NCBI GenBank assembly: GCA_964016885.1
Contig: OZ024744.1
Coordinates: forward strand, 7,316,001-7,380,000
Direction of reading: 5' to 3'
DNA length: 64,000 bases
Source: Eledone cirrhosa
Lineage: Eukaryota
Of this stretch, positions 13,315 to 26,080 are shown piece by piece. A model generated the notes under the pieces. It was not told the origin of the DNA. It made no database searches and saw only the letters and a list, made by a program, of their open reading frames with translations. The first letter of the stretch is position 1. Each line of letters begins with the position of its first letter. A program made the position numbers and the translations under genes.

Positions 13315-14758
13315 ATTTATTAATGCATGGACAGTTATATGACCTCCTTTTCAGCCGAGAGACATACCAATACATATTCAAACATTGATACATATTCAAA
13401 CATTGTGGGTCAACATTCATTACAGAATTTAGAGTGGCAGTACACACTTCGAGATTACATTTATATTAATAGGTACAATCAAAAATCAAAGATATAGGTT
13501 AAAGTACAACATGAAGATAAGTGGTTATATAGTGCAAATGTTATATGTGTGGCACGCATGTGCGTCTTGTTTATATAGTGTGGCAGAGAGATATGTGTGG
13601 TAGAGGCACTTAGGTAGGTAAATAAGAGTGTTAGGTTGGTAGATCTGGTGGCAAAGTCTTTATATGATTGATGTAGTCTGTGTGTGGAGAAATATTATAA
13701 GCATTAAAGATAGTGCAAGCATTAAAAGTGTTATAAGTATTGGAGATGCACAGCGCAGGGATGTCAAGTAATTCATGTACTTCGGCATTTTCATGGTCAA
13801 GGGAGTGTATATTTCGATTATATGCCTTTCACATAATCCACGACAATCCAGTTAGAGATCGTAGTCTGGTGTTCTTTAGTTCGATACAGGAGGTTGTTAC
13901 GTTTCGAGAAACGCCATTGAATACCGGAAGAGTGTGTGTGGCTAAGGGGAGTTAATGCATGCGGGGAGGTAACTCTGGGGTTTCCATATCTAGCCATTAA
14001 AATGTGTCCCAATATAGACCCTAAAATTCTATGGTGAGGTGCACCTTCCAAGAGAGACTTTTAAAGCATAAAGTGTACTAACTATAGAGTAGTTTAACTA
14101 AATTATGCTGAAGGTGATCATATTATTATTAAGGTGGATTAACCCATCATAAGGTGCTACAAATGGAAATTATAGATGATGAGCGAGGATTCTAAATTAA
14201 TGATCTCTGTGGTTGTAGTCTGCTCATATGGCCAGGCGCGGTGATTGCAGGATTGCTTCAGGACCCAATGATCTCTGGTAAGATCTGGGTCATCACTTGC
14301 TACATTGGATGTCGAAAGATAATCGTCCCCAGGCAGGCCAAAGGTCAATCCGCAGTCCTCGCGACCCCTCTCTGACCGTCAGATCATCCATATACGTACA
14401 ACCCGCACGGCAGTTGCATTGCATTCACTCACTGCGCTCCGCAGCCCGGTCCTACTGGTCAACAGCGCTACTCGATTAAATCATTTTACATCTGTCTAAG
14501 GAAGGTGTTTCCTCTGCCCAACACCATCCAACCGATCAATTCATGCTCAAATTACCCTTAGAGCGGTGTAGTGCCGTCCAAGTGGGTGGATGTTGTCACA
14601 CCTGCCGTAGAGGTATAAATGGGTATTTTCCCTGCGAAGGGTTCCAGAGGGATGTCGTTGTTTGTGTTATAATGGATCAGCTAGTGTTGGGTATGTAGTA
14701 TAGGGTGTGTCTCTGGTGTTTGATGCTAGATGTGGTGTTAGGTTCCAGTCCGACATTG

Positions 14759-17218
14759 CTATATATAGGGCTTAAAGTTTTGGAAGGAATGTCTGAGGCG
14801 GTGCTGGCAAGTTGCAAACACCTCAGATTTTTTGTTAAGTAGGTTACGGTTGGAGAAGATAATATTGTGTGTCTCTAGTATACAGAGGTTACAGAATTTA
14901 TTAGGTGGTTTGTACGAGGTCGCGCTGCCTATCACTTCCCATTTGAGTGTGTACGGTTTATTTTTAGATTTTAGATAGTGTATGTAGCTAGAAAGTGAGG
15001 TGGAGTTGGCTAGGCTGTGCTTTTTGAACGAGTGGATGTGCGAGTTATATCTGATTTTGAAGCAGTTAGAAGTGGAGCCTACATAGGTTTCTGAAGAGTT
15101 ATTAGTCGTGACTGTGCATGAGTATATGACATCCTTGGTTAGGCATTTTTTATCTAAAGGGCAGGTTCTATTAGCTCTACAGTTACAATTATTCTGTGCG
15201 TTAGTCCGCTGGTTATAATGCAATGCGGAAGTCTGTGTGGTGGATATAGGATTTTGGGTGTTCGGGTTGACAACCCTGGTGTTATTACTTATACTAGTGT
15301 TATTTCTATTGTTACTGCCGTTGCTATTGTTGCTTGCTACAGTGGTATTTAGAGGGTTTGCATCCCGTTGTGATTTTGTTTGTTGGAAGTAAGAACTAAT
15401 TTTACTATTATTGCTGCTAGCTATGTGGTATGCTAAGTTAGGCGTCGTAGAGTAAGAGATTTTAATGGTGTTTTTGTTTAAGAGGTTGTGGTACTTGTGT
15501 CCTAGAGGGAAGTTTTTATCTAGTAGTGAGAAGAAAGCCCTAGGTATGTTGGTGGAGACATTTAGGTTGAAAGGAGGGTTGAAAAATGTATTATTTCTTC
15601 TTCTATTTTTGCTTTTAGTGTTTGGTGTGTTGCTTCCTCCTAAGGCCTCACAGTAGTTTCCATGGTAATGGTTACTTCCGGTGGCACCCTCCGCTTTGGT
15701 GCACTTGTGGTTGCTATTCCTATTATTAGATTTCCTCATGGACATGTTGTGCGAGATGATGTTGTAGCTATGTGTTTTCTTAGGTAGGAACTCAATTTCT
15801 ATATTATGGCCGGAGCTAGCTAATGCTTGATTATAATATTGTGAGATTTTGCTAAATATGTTTGCGTCATAGGACAGACTAGAGATTCTATTGGACACCC
15901 CCTTAGAGATAGAGTTTAATATTGATCTAGGGTGATTAGACTTGGTATCTACGTAAATAAGTTTCTCATTAGGCTTATGGAAAGGTGTATATATTTTTGA
16001 GTCTAGGTATAGTGTGGCGTCTAGGAAGTTAACATTTTTAGTGTTTTTGTCCATGGTGATACTAAGGTTAAAGTTTTTGAATGTCTTATGCAGTTGTTTT
16101 CTAGTTCTTTCTATATTAAATTTTTTATATTCTATGAGTAGAAGTGCATCATCGCGGTACAAACCACCGTTGAGGTAAGGGAGGTCTTTATGGATTTCAT
16201 TGAGGAGGTATAGGCCGACCAAATCAGTGACCTGCGCCGAGTCACTAGATCCCATGGTTATGTCGAAGTTGTTGTGCGTATCCTTGCGTGTCCATAGTTG
16301 GTCCTCGAAGGTGATTATTGTTTTACGGGCCGCAAGGATGACATCAACCTGGGCTCTAGTCAGGTCGCTATTGGCCATGGCCATGATAAGTGCCTTATTT
16401 AATAGGATAGGGGAAATAGAGGTGTAGTATGAATTGATATCAAATTGAATAAATTTTTTGTTCTTATTATTCTTGATATCCTTAAACCATTCAATTACTT
16501 CACCCGTATTTCCCCATTGTTTAAGGTGTATCTTGTGTTTAATTTGTGGGATGATTTTATCCAAAATCTTCTTGCTGATAATACCAATGTCGGACTTGGA
16601 AGGGCAGATAAGTCTTATCGTGGGGTTGCTGATGAAGTTCTCCTTATGGTCCTTCAGAGAGAATCTAGGGGGGTTCGGAGTGAAAGGTTGTGTATGCCTC
16701 TGTAGTCCTAGTTTAGACACTATATTATAACCCTCTACATTAATATCTTCTAAGTTTTTCAAGGTGGTTTTTTTGTAGCTTTTATGTAGTTCATTATATA
16801 TAAACTTTCTATAAGTAATATAATCTAGGCTGTATATGTTATTAGTTTTATCTGCGTGTACAATAATTTTATTACTAGTTTTGAATCCACTAATAGAAGT
16901 GTTAAGTTTGTTTAAGAAGGTGTTGCTTCTAATATGGTGCTTATTGTATTTAATGTTCTTAACTAGTTTAACTAGGTCATTTTCAAAGGAGTTAAGTAGA
17001 GTGTTATGAGGGGGGCTTTTAAAGGTTTTAAAGCCGAAGGAGTCAAAATTGTTAGTATTATTCAAGTTGTTAGATTTGTTTCTATCATAATGGAATGTCC
17101 TCCATCTCACTCTATTGATAAATGAATTTACACTGTTGATCAGCAATTTCTCATATGTATTCCTGGATGGTATTGGTATGATCTTGGTTGACATGGGGAG
17201 TTGGTCTTTGATTAGCAT
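14759..17218 (-). CDS. Intact PLE polyprotein: RT + Cys linker + GIY-YIG endonuclease (Naiad-like, inferred)
   Basis: 819 aa uninterrupted; ADKT, LKDHK, FIQFDINSYY, ITMGSSDS, LYRDD, VNFLD, CNCx5Cx5C, IYSC..YVGST..KIRYNSH, CNLC..E, CQH. Confidence 0.95.
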   Translation of the reverse strand: MLIKDQLPMSTKIIPIPSRNTYEKLLINSVNSFINRVRWRTFHYDRNKSNNLNNTNNFDSFGFKTFKSPPHNTLLNSFENDLVKLVKNIKYNKHHIRSNTFLNKLNTSISGFKTSNKIIVHADKTNNIYSLDYITYRKFIYNELHKSYKKTTLKNLEDINVEGYNIVSKLGLQRHTQPFTPNPPRFSLKDHKENFISNPTIRLICPSKSDIGIISKKILDKIIPQIKHKIHLKQWGNTGEVIEWFKDIKNNKNKKFIQFDINSYYTSISPILLNKALIMAMANSDLTRAQVDVILAARKTIITFEDQLWTRKDTHNNFDITMGSSDSAQVTDLVGLYLLNEIHKDLPYLNGGLYRDDALLLIEYKKFNIERTRKQLHKTFKNFNLSITMDKNTKNVNFLDATLYLDSKIYTPFHKPNEKLIYVDTKSNHPRSILNSISKGVSNRISSLSYDANIFSKISQYYNQALASSGHNIEIEFLPKKTHSYNIISHNMSMRKSNNRNSNHKCTKAEGATGSNHYHGNYCEALGGSNTPNTKSKNRRRNNTFFNPPFNLNVSTNIPRAFFSLLDKNFPLGHKYHNLLNKNTIKISYSTTPNLAYHIASSNNSKISSYFQQTKSQRDANPLNTTVASNNSNGSNNRNNTSISNNTRVVNPNTQNPISTTQTSALHYNQRTNAQNNCNCRANRTCPLDKKCLTKDVIYSCTVTTNNSSETYVGSTSNCFKIRYNSHIHSFKKHSLANSTSLSSYIHYLKSKNKPYTLKWEVIGSATSYKPPNKFCNLCILETHNIIFSNRNLLNKKSEVFATCQHRLRHSFQNFKPYI

Positions 17219-18958
17219 ATTGGCAATATTATATGTCAGCTCAACGATATGGAGCAGTTAATAGTATTAGTTATACTATTTATGGTTATGTAAACACAAA
17301 ACCTTAAGCAGTTGTAAGTATTTTACACACACCCTAAATAGTGGTAGGCAGTAATGTATTACTACCTTATTACCAGTAAGTTAAGTAGCTCAATGTAAAA
17401 ACATCAGATGATTTACAGAGCAGTTATATGAAATATAAGAATCAAAGAACTGTTCAAAACATTATTGTGCTTACAGCTGTTTCCTCCAAACCGAGGTTTG
17501 GATTCTTCGGAGCAATTTATTAATGCATGGACAGTTATATGACCTCCTTTTCAGCCGAGAGACATACCAATACATATTCAAACATTGATACATATTCAAA
17601 CATTGTGGGTCAACATTCATTACAGAATTTAGAGTGGCAGTACACACTTCGAGATTACATTTATATTAATAGGTACAATCAAAAATCAAAGATATAGGTT
17701 AAAGTACAACATGAAGATAAGTGGTTATATAGTGCAAATGTTATATGTGTGGCACGCATGTGCGTCTTGTTTATATAGTGTGGCAGAGAGATATGTGTGG
17801 TAGAGGCACTTAGGTAGGTAAATAAGAGTGTTAGGTTGGTAGATCTGGTGGCAAAGTCTTTATATGATTGATGTAGTCTGTGTGTGGAGAAATATTATAA
17901 GCATTAAAGATAGTGCAAGCATTAAAAGTGTTATAAGTATTGGAGATGCACAGCGCAGGGATGTCAAGTAATTCATGTACTTCGGCATTTTCATGGTCAA
18001 GGGAGTGTATATTTCGATTATATGCCTTTCACATAATCCACGACAATCCAGTTAGAGATCGTAGTCTGGTGTTCTTTAGTTCGATACAGGAGGTTGTTAC
18101 GTTTCGAGAAACGCCATTGAATACCGGAAGAGTGTGTGTGGCTAAGGGGAGTTAATGCATGCGGGGAGGTAACTCTGGGGTTTCCATATCTAGCCATTAA
18201 AATGTGTCCCAATATAGACCCTAAAATTCTATGGTGAGGTGCACCTTCCAAGAGAGACTTTTAAAGCATAAAGTGTACTAACTATAGAGTAGTTTAACTA
18301 AATTATGCTGAAGGTGATCATATTATTATTAAGGTGGATTAACCCATCATAAGGTGCTACAAATGGAAATTATAGATGATGAGCGAGGATTCTAAATTAA
18401 TGATCTCTGTGGTTGTAGTCTGCTCATATGGCCAGGCGCGGTGATTGCAGGATTGCTTCAGGACCCAATGATCTCTGGTAAGATCTGGGTCATCACTTGC
18501 TACATTGGATGTCGAAAGATAATCGTCCCCAGGCAGGCCAAAGGTCAATCCGCAGTCCTCGCGACCCCTCTCTGACCGTCAGATCATCCATATACGTACA
18601 ACCCGCACGGCAGTTGCATTGCATTCACTCACTGCGCTCCGCAGCCCGGTCCTACTGGTCAACAGCGCTACTCGATTAAATCATTTTACATCTGTCTAAG
18701 GAAGGTGTTTCCTCTGCCCAACACCATCCAACCGATCAATTCATGCTCAAATTACCCTTAGAGCGGTGTAGTGCCGTCCAAGTGGGTGGATGTTGTCACA
18801 CCTGCCGTAGAGGTATAAATGGGTATTTTCCCTGCGAAGGGTTCCAGAGGGATGTCGTTGTTTGTGTTATAATGGATCAGCTAGTGTTGGGTATGTAGTA
18901 TAGGGTGTGTCTCTGGTGTTTGATGCTAGATGTGGTGTTAGGTTCCAGTCCGACATTG

Positions 18959-19508
18959 CTATATATAGGGCTTAAAGTTTTGGAAGGAATGTCTGAGGCG
19001 GTGCTGGCAAGTTGCAAACACCTCAGATTTTTTGTTAAGTAGGTTACGGTTGGAGAAGATAATATTGTGTGTCTCTAGTATACAGAGGTTACAGAATTTA
19101 TTAGGTGGTTTGTACGAGGTCGCGCTGCCTATCACTTCCCATTTGAGTGTGTACGGTTTATTTTTAGATTTTAGATAGTGTATGTAGCTAGAAAGTGAGG
19201 TGGAGTTGGCTAGGCTGTGCTTTTTGAACGAGTGGATGTGCGAGTTATATCTGATTTTGAAGCAGTTAGAAGTGGAGCCTACATAGGTTTCTGAAGAGTT
19301 ATTAGTCGTGACTGTGCATGAGTATATGACATCCTTGGTTAGGCATTTTTTATCTAAAGGGCAGGTTCTATTAGCTCTACAGTTACAATTATTCTGTGCG
19401 TTAGTCCGCTGGTTATAATGCAATGCGGAAGTCTGTGTGGTGGATATAGGATTTTGGGTGTTCGGGTTGACAACCCTGGTGTTATTACTTATACTAGTGT
19501 TATTTCTA
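18959..19508 (-). pseudogene. Duplicate of the GIY-YIG-coding 3' end within the upstream tandem copy
   Basis: Translation matches the C-terminal ~180 aa of the 819-aa ORF. Confidence 0.9.
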
Positions 19509-21131
19509 CTTAACAAAAAATCTGAGGTGTTTGCAACTTGCCAGCACCGCCTCAGACATTCCTTCCAAAATTTTAAGCCCTATATATAGCAATGTCGGAC
19601 TGGAACCTAACACCACATCTAGCATCAAACACCAGAGACACACCCTATATTACATACCCAACACTAGCTGATCCATTATAACACAAACAACGACATCCCT
19701 CTGGAACCCTTCGCAGGGAAAATACCCATTTATACCTCTACGGCAGGTGTGACAACATCCACCCACTTGGACGGCACTACACCGCTCTAAGGGTAATTTG
19801 AGCATGAATTGATCGGTTGGATGGTGTTGGGCAGAGGAAACACCTTCCTTAGACAGATGTAAAATGATTTAATCGAGTAGCGCTGTTGACCAGTAGGACC
19901 GGGCTGCGGAGCGCAGTGAGTGAATGCAATGCAACTGCCGTGCGGGTTGTACGTATATGGATGATCTGACGGTCAGAGAGGGGTCGCGAGGACTGCGGAT
20001 TGACCTTTGGCCTGCCTGGGGACGATTATCTTTCGACATCCAATGTAGCAAGTGATGACCCAGATCTTACCAGAGATCATTGGGTCCTGAAGCAATCCTG
20101 CAATCACCGCGCCTGGCCATATGAGCAGACTACAACCACAGAGATCATTAATTTAGAATCCTCGCTCATCATCTATAATTTCCATTTGTAGCACCTTATG
20201 ATGGGTTAATCCACCTTAATAATAATATGATCACCTTCAGCATAATTTAGTTAAACTACTCTATAGTTAGTACACTTTATGCTTTAAAAGTCTCTCTTGG
20301 AAGGTGCACCTCACCATAGAATTTTAGGGTCTATATTGGGACACATTTTAATGGCTAGATATGGAAACCCCAGAGTTACCTCCCCGCATGCATTAACTCC
20401 CCTTAGCCACACACACTCTTCCGGTATTCAATGGCGTTTCTCGAAACGTAACAACCTCCTGTATCGAACTAAAGAACACCAGACTACGATCTCTAACTGG
20501 ATTGTCGTGGATTATGTGAAAGGCATATAATCGAAATATACACTCCCTTGACCATGAAAATGCCGAAGTACATGAATTACTTGACATCCCTGCGCTGTGC
20601 ATCTCCAATACTTATAACACTTTTAATGCTTGCACTATCTTTAATGCTTATAATATTTCTCCACACACAGACTACATCAATCATATAAAGACTTTGCCAC
20701 CAGATCTACCAACCTAACACTCTTATTTACCTACCTAAGTGCCTCTACCACACATATCTCTCTGCCACACTATATAAACAAGACGCACATGCGTGCCACA
20801 CATATAACATTTGCACTATATAACCACTTATCTTCATGTTGTACTTTAACCTATATCTTTGATTTTTGATTGTACCTATTAATATAAATGTAATCTCGAA
20901 GTGTGTACTGCCACTCTAAATTCTGTAATGAATGTTGACCCACAATGTTTGAATATGTATCAATGTTTGAATATGTATTGGTATGTCTCTCGGCTGAAAA
21001 GGAGGTCATATAACTGTCCATGCATTAATAAATTGCTCCGAAGAATCCAAACCTCGGTTTGGAGGAAACAGCTGTAAGCACAATAATGTTTTGAACAGTT
21101 CTTTGATTCTTATATTTCATATATTTCATAC

Positions 21132-21199
<68 letters not shown>

Positions 21200-21218
<19 letters not shown>

Positions 21219-22362
21219 TATATATACACACACTCACATACACAAAACCATGTATACATACAAATAAATATAAATATACACAGAGAGACAAGTCATCGCA
21301 CCTACACACAGCGATATGCATACAAATAAACGGCCACTCATACAAATACATACAAATAAGTACTGATAAATATACGCATATACACAGGCACATAAAAACA
21401 GCTCTACAAGCAGAACATGCAGATGGGTAAGAGGTACTCACCTAACCATAGTGGCCGTGTTTCAGGTTAAGGAGGGGTAGGGGTGGGGTGGTAGAGGGGC
21501 TAAAAGGAGGAAGTCGTTTTTAGCCATCGGGCTTTAACACTGGCTTAAAGTATTTTAAAGTTGCAAAGTTTTTGTGCATGCAGTTCGGGCAGTGTTCAGA
21601 GAGTTTGTTCAGTAGCGTGCCCTTGGAGAATAAAATGTCGTAGCTCTCTGAGGTACAAAGGTCGCAGCCCTTGTTTCCTCCGTTGTAAGAGCGCGCTTCC
21701 TGGAGTATTTTCCATTTAAGCGTGAAGGGGGTGGAGATCCTTTTGAGGTCCCAAACATAGGAGGCGTGTGTTGTCTGGTTTGATTTATCCGGTCTTCTGA
21801 AGGAGTGGGTATGGGCATACCAACAGGTCTTAAAATTATTGGAAGCCATGCCGATGTAAGTCTTTTTGTTGTTGCAGTCATCGGTGCCTGAGATGACATC
21901 GCATTTGTATACGATATCATTTGTCAGGCATTTGTTTTCAAGTGGGCAGGCTTCCTTATTTAGGCAATTACACAAGGCCCTAGTGCGGGGATTGGGTTCG
22001 GAGGTGGTTGGCTTATTTAATTTTTTCGAATTGTGATTGGCTATATTCCTAGCTAGGTTAGGTGTGGTGGAGTAGGAAAGTCTTATTGTGTTCTTATTAA
22101 AGATGGTGTAGCACCTATGTTGTATGGAGAAGTGTGTGTTCAGCAAAGTGAAGAAAATCCTAGCTATAGGTGTAGAGACCTCTCTATGGAAGGGAGGGTT
22201 GTACCAGCTAATCTGCCTATGCCTATTCCACCTCTGCAGTTTTACGGTGGTTTCTAGGGACTAGACCTATATATACCACTTTTATTTTTGGATACCCATA
22301 TCCGTGATGATTTCTAAAGAATGAAACAGTTCTAGTCCTGTAGAATCTGATCTATATTAAAA
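21200..22362 (-). mobile_element. 5'-truncated PLE remnant (GIY-YIG ORF 21520-22146) with inverted pLTR fragment at ~22295-22362
   Basis: CNCLNKEACPLENKC..IVYKC..YIGMAS; degenerate HHR on + at 22299-22346. Confidence 0.85.
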
Positions 22363-22439
22363 CTATATATAAATATATATATAAATATATATTTATATAT
22401 ATATATAGATATATATATATATATATGAACAATGACAGC

Positions 22440-23190
22440 TGCATAAAAAAGTGAAGAGCGCTCAAAGTTGAACGAAGCCTTGGAGTGGGAAAACCCAGGA
22501 AAATTTGGGATGAGGTGATAAAAGCTGCCCTTGCCAAATTGCACCTCTCAAAGGTGACAACACATGACTGGGATCACTGCCGTTTACCAGTAATGCAGAA
22601 GACCCGACTTCCCACGGGTTCAAGCCGAAACTGAAGCGTATAGAAAGTATGCCATAAATACCCCCATGAGGACAGGCCAAAGTAAATGCATCCAGTGAAC
22701 CACCCAGTACTCACTGTAAAGTGGTTGTGTAGGTGTGTCACAGCAAAAAGTACCCAGTGCACACTGTAAAGTGGTCATGTAGGTGTCACAACAAAAAGTA
22801 CCCAGCTGTAGACACCAAGCCAGAATCAGTTCTGTATGAGCAAGACATGGTCACCTGACCTAGCATTGTCCACAACAGGACAACTCGTCTAACCCATGTT
22901 AGCGTAGAAAATGGGCGTAAACATCCAGCACACACTGTAAAGTGGTCGTGTAGATGTCCTGACAAAAAGCACCCAGCCCACTGTAAAGTGGTCATGTAAA
23001 AGACACGGCAAAAAGCATCCAGCACACACTGTCAATGTGGTTGACATTAGGAAGGGCATCCAGCCATAGAAAACCAGCCAGAAACTCTCCTATATGAGCG
23101 AGACACGGCCCCCCGACCTAACTTGCCTGTAATGGGACCTGTGTAACCCATGCTAGCGTGGAAGATAGGTGTTATACGGTGATGATGATA
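22440..23190 (+). mobile_element. SINE-like repeat ending in (GAT)n; other copies at ~60300-60500(-) and 12795-12862(-)
   Basis: Shared aggaagggcatccagccatagaaa and aacccatgctagc(g/a)tggaa motifs; internal repeats of cactgtaaagtggt. Confidence 0.6.
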
Positions 23191-23854
23191 TACTCACACA
23201 TGCATAACAAATCGCCATATCAATCCATGCGATAAGTTCGTGGGTTTCTATCATTATATAACCTTATGGCTTGAGATCACGATGCCTTTCTTCAATTCTA
23301 CCTCGCAGACAACAACTTCTTGCAGAAATCTTTGTATCAAATTTCCTTTGCATACCCTCATATATTCTCCATTCTCACACTATGTGTTCAAGACAGCATG
23401 GTGCAACATTCTGTTGATTTTCAATGCATTAATGCTACAGCACTGTTGTTTTAGTGCATTAGCAAACTGTGTGAGATGGTGGTTATGTCGACAGGCATAC
23501 ACGGCAAGAGGTGACTTACAAGTTTCCACGACATATAGAAGAAAAATAAACAATTAAAACAACAGCAATATCTACTGACAATTGTTATAAGGAGAGCAAG
23601 AGGCAACGATGAAGCACCTATGGGGTCATTACTTTCACTAGATATATCTCTCAATGCTTTCATTACGACCACATTCTATAATATTCCATCTATAATATTC
23701 TTATAATAATATAGAGATGGCCCTGTCTCAACTGATCTTAACTCCGAAAATATCAACAATAATACAATCTCTTAAATACAAAAGAAATATATATTTCATA
23801 CAAAACAATATATCTTTTACAGAAAACATTATATTGCTCATAGAAAACATTATA

Positions 23855-24243
23855 GTTTTGATACCAAACAATATATTATTAATAGAAAACATTATTTTTT
23901 GATACCAAACAATATATTGTACATAGAAAACATTATATTTTTGATACCAAACAATATATTGTACATAGAAAACATTATATTTTTGATACCAAACAATATA
24001 TTGTACATAGAAAACATTATATTTTTGATACCAAACAATATATTGTACATAGAAAACATTATATTTTTGATACCAAACAATATATTGTACATAGAAAACA
24101 TTATATTTTTGATACCAAACAATATATTGTACATAGAAAACATTATATTTTTGATACCAAACAATATATTGTACATAGAAAACATTATATTTTTGATACC
24201 AAACAATATATTATTCATAGAAAACATTATATTTTTCATAGAA
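23855..24243. repeat. 42-bp minisatellite, ~9 copies
   Basis: Unit ttttgataccaaacaatatattgtacatagaaaacattatat; degenerate half-units from ~23785. Confidence 0.95.
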
Positions 24244-24962
24244 GGATGGTTTTTCATGACGCAGTCGAACTAGCTCCTGCAATGGATCTCAAGTGACTAT
24301 ATGCCTTAGATTTTTTCTTATTTTATTACATATTTCAATTTATTCATCTAAACCTTTCGGGGTTTAAAAACCTAAATGTACAGATTCCTGGCACAGAAAT
24401 GAGGTTTTATTTTCCGTTTATCTACTTTTTTTGTTTCGGTAACTTGTATTTTCTCTTTACTTTTTTCTACATAAGTAAAAATTGCCACGAGTATGTCAAG
24501 CCACATATACACAAACTACGCGCATAAAAGAAGAAAATGCTGCACATAAGGACACACGGCATAAAAATTAAACAAAGGAAACCTAATGGTATTTTCATGA
24601 AAAAACATCCTTGTATGAAAAATAGTGGGAGTTCGTTTGTCAACAACAATAAAGACAACAACCATAACAACAGAGCCATAACAACAGCAGCTGAAGCTGC
24701 ACAATGCACATTCTCTGCAAATATATACACATGCAAAATTATAAATGATTCATTAATCTATATAATCCACACCTTTTTCGTAGTGCAAATTATATTTATT
24801 ACATGTTTTTTTTGTTCTACGCCATTAAGTTATTAAACTTGGAAAAAGAGTTGCCATAGGAATATAGAAATAAAATCAATTGGATTAAGTCAATAAATGC
24901 AGAAAGGATCGATGTAGAAGTTGGTGCCCTAAATATCAAAAGAATAACAATAAAAATAATAA

Positions 24963-25710
24963 TCTATATACAGAAAAATGAGGATGTCTGTCCGTCTGTG
25001 TGTGAGTTTGAATCCCGAAAACTCGAGAATCACCCAACCGACTGTTTTCAAACTTTACACATGTAATACTTATGGTCCTGTGAGTGTTCTGAGCAAAAGA
25101 AATTTCAAATTTCCAATGCCCTAGGGACTGGACCGCATTAGGCGATTTAGCGATCCCCCTCTATAATTCTTAGTCTTTCTCTTTTTAGATAGATACATAC
25201 ATATAACGTCGCGCCCTTATACTATATGTCTGTATGTTTGGCTGTCTGCATTACGTCACTTCCCTGAGGATGTATGTGTGTGTGTGTGAGTTTGAATCCC
25301 TAAAACTCGAGAAATACCCAACCGATTTTTTTAAAACTTTACATGTGTATTACTTATGTTTCAGAGAGTGTTATGCACATAAAATTCAGTTTTTGATCTC
25401 CTAGGGCCCGCATTAGGTGAAAAACTACGTTTTAAAGCTTTTTAGGTTTTTTTTTTTGAGTTTTGAGGCGTTACGTCAGACCGGTTTCCTTGAAATTGTA
25501 ACTATGTTTAGTCAGTGTCTTCTTCATACCGTGAGCAAATAATATCCAACTTTTTTATGGCCTAAGGCCCGCATTGGGTGAAAAACTTCATTTTTTTTTC
25601 AGCTTTTTAGGGCTTTTTGGAGGCGTTACGTCTAGCCAATTTTCCCGAAATTTCAAGGCATATTATGCACATAAAACAAAATTCATTTTCTTGATCCCCT
25701 AGGGCTTGAT
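24963..25710 (+). mobile_element. Probable non-autonomous Helitron-like element
   Basis: Starts A|TCTATATA, has a short (CTGT/GT)n tract and internal repeats of ccgattttt..aaacttt; 3' end not seen. Confidence 0.45.
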
Positions 25711-25719
25711 TTTACTCCT

Positions 25720-26065
25720 TCGACTACAACATGTTGGGTTCTGTCTGTCTGGAAACATTTCCAGAGACACCAATATTGGATAGTTTTTTCAGTAGAAGGC
25801 CTTGCTGAAATCAAGGTAGATGATATCAGTGTTGGAGCCCTCCCCCAAGGCTCTCAAAACATCGTCAAAGTGATGCAGGAGATGCGTTAGGCAGTCCCTT
25901 CCATTTCGGAATCCATGTTGGTTGGAGTTCAGCAGGCCGTTACTTTCAAGAAAGTGGTTATTCGTGATCTCACCACCCTCTTAGATACCTTGATAATATG
26001 AGAGGTGAGTGAGATCGGACGCTAGTTCAATGCAATGGACTTATTTCCCTTTTTGAAGACTTGTG
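25720..26065 (-). pseudogene. RT fragment of the CR1-group family at 48030-51470
   Basis: Nucleotide similarity to ~49115-49500. Confidence 0.8.
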
Positions 26066-26080
26066 CCAAAAGTAGAAACA

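Larger units (their letters stand above)
13063..21123 (-). mobile_element. Young complete PLE: 4200-bp unit (13063-17262) + upstream partial tandem copy (17263-19508) + inverted copy (19506-21123)
   Basis: 13063-15308 matches 17263-19508 at an exact 4200-bp offset; 19506-21123 is the reverse complement of 19042-17425; CTA microhomology at the inversion junction; microsatellite on both flanks. Confidence 0.95.

Noticed and set aside
13740-14479. Small ORFs repeated three times (also at 17940-18679 and 19869-20608)
   Set aside because: The repetition only reflects the DNA duplication; no recognisable domains.
14759-17218. Selenoprotein-type PLE (known for some Naiad elements)
   Set aside because: The ORF has no in-frame TGA, all linker positions are Cys codons, and the 3' ATGA..TGA hairpin lacks the apical AA of a SECIS.
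23200-23300. HRDLKP kinase-like peptide on the - strand
   Set aside because: Followed immediately by a stop, with no N or DFG motif and no other kinase subdomains; probably chance.
23855-24243. CRISPR-like array or repeat protein ORF
   Set aside because: Contiguous identical units without spacers in eukaryotic DNA; a minisatellite.
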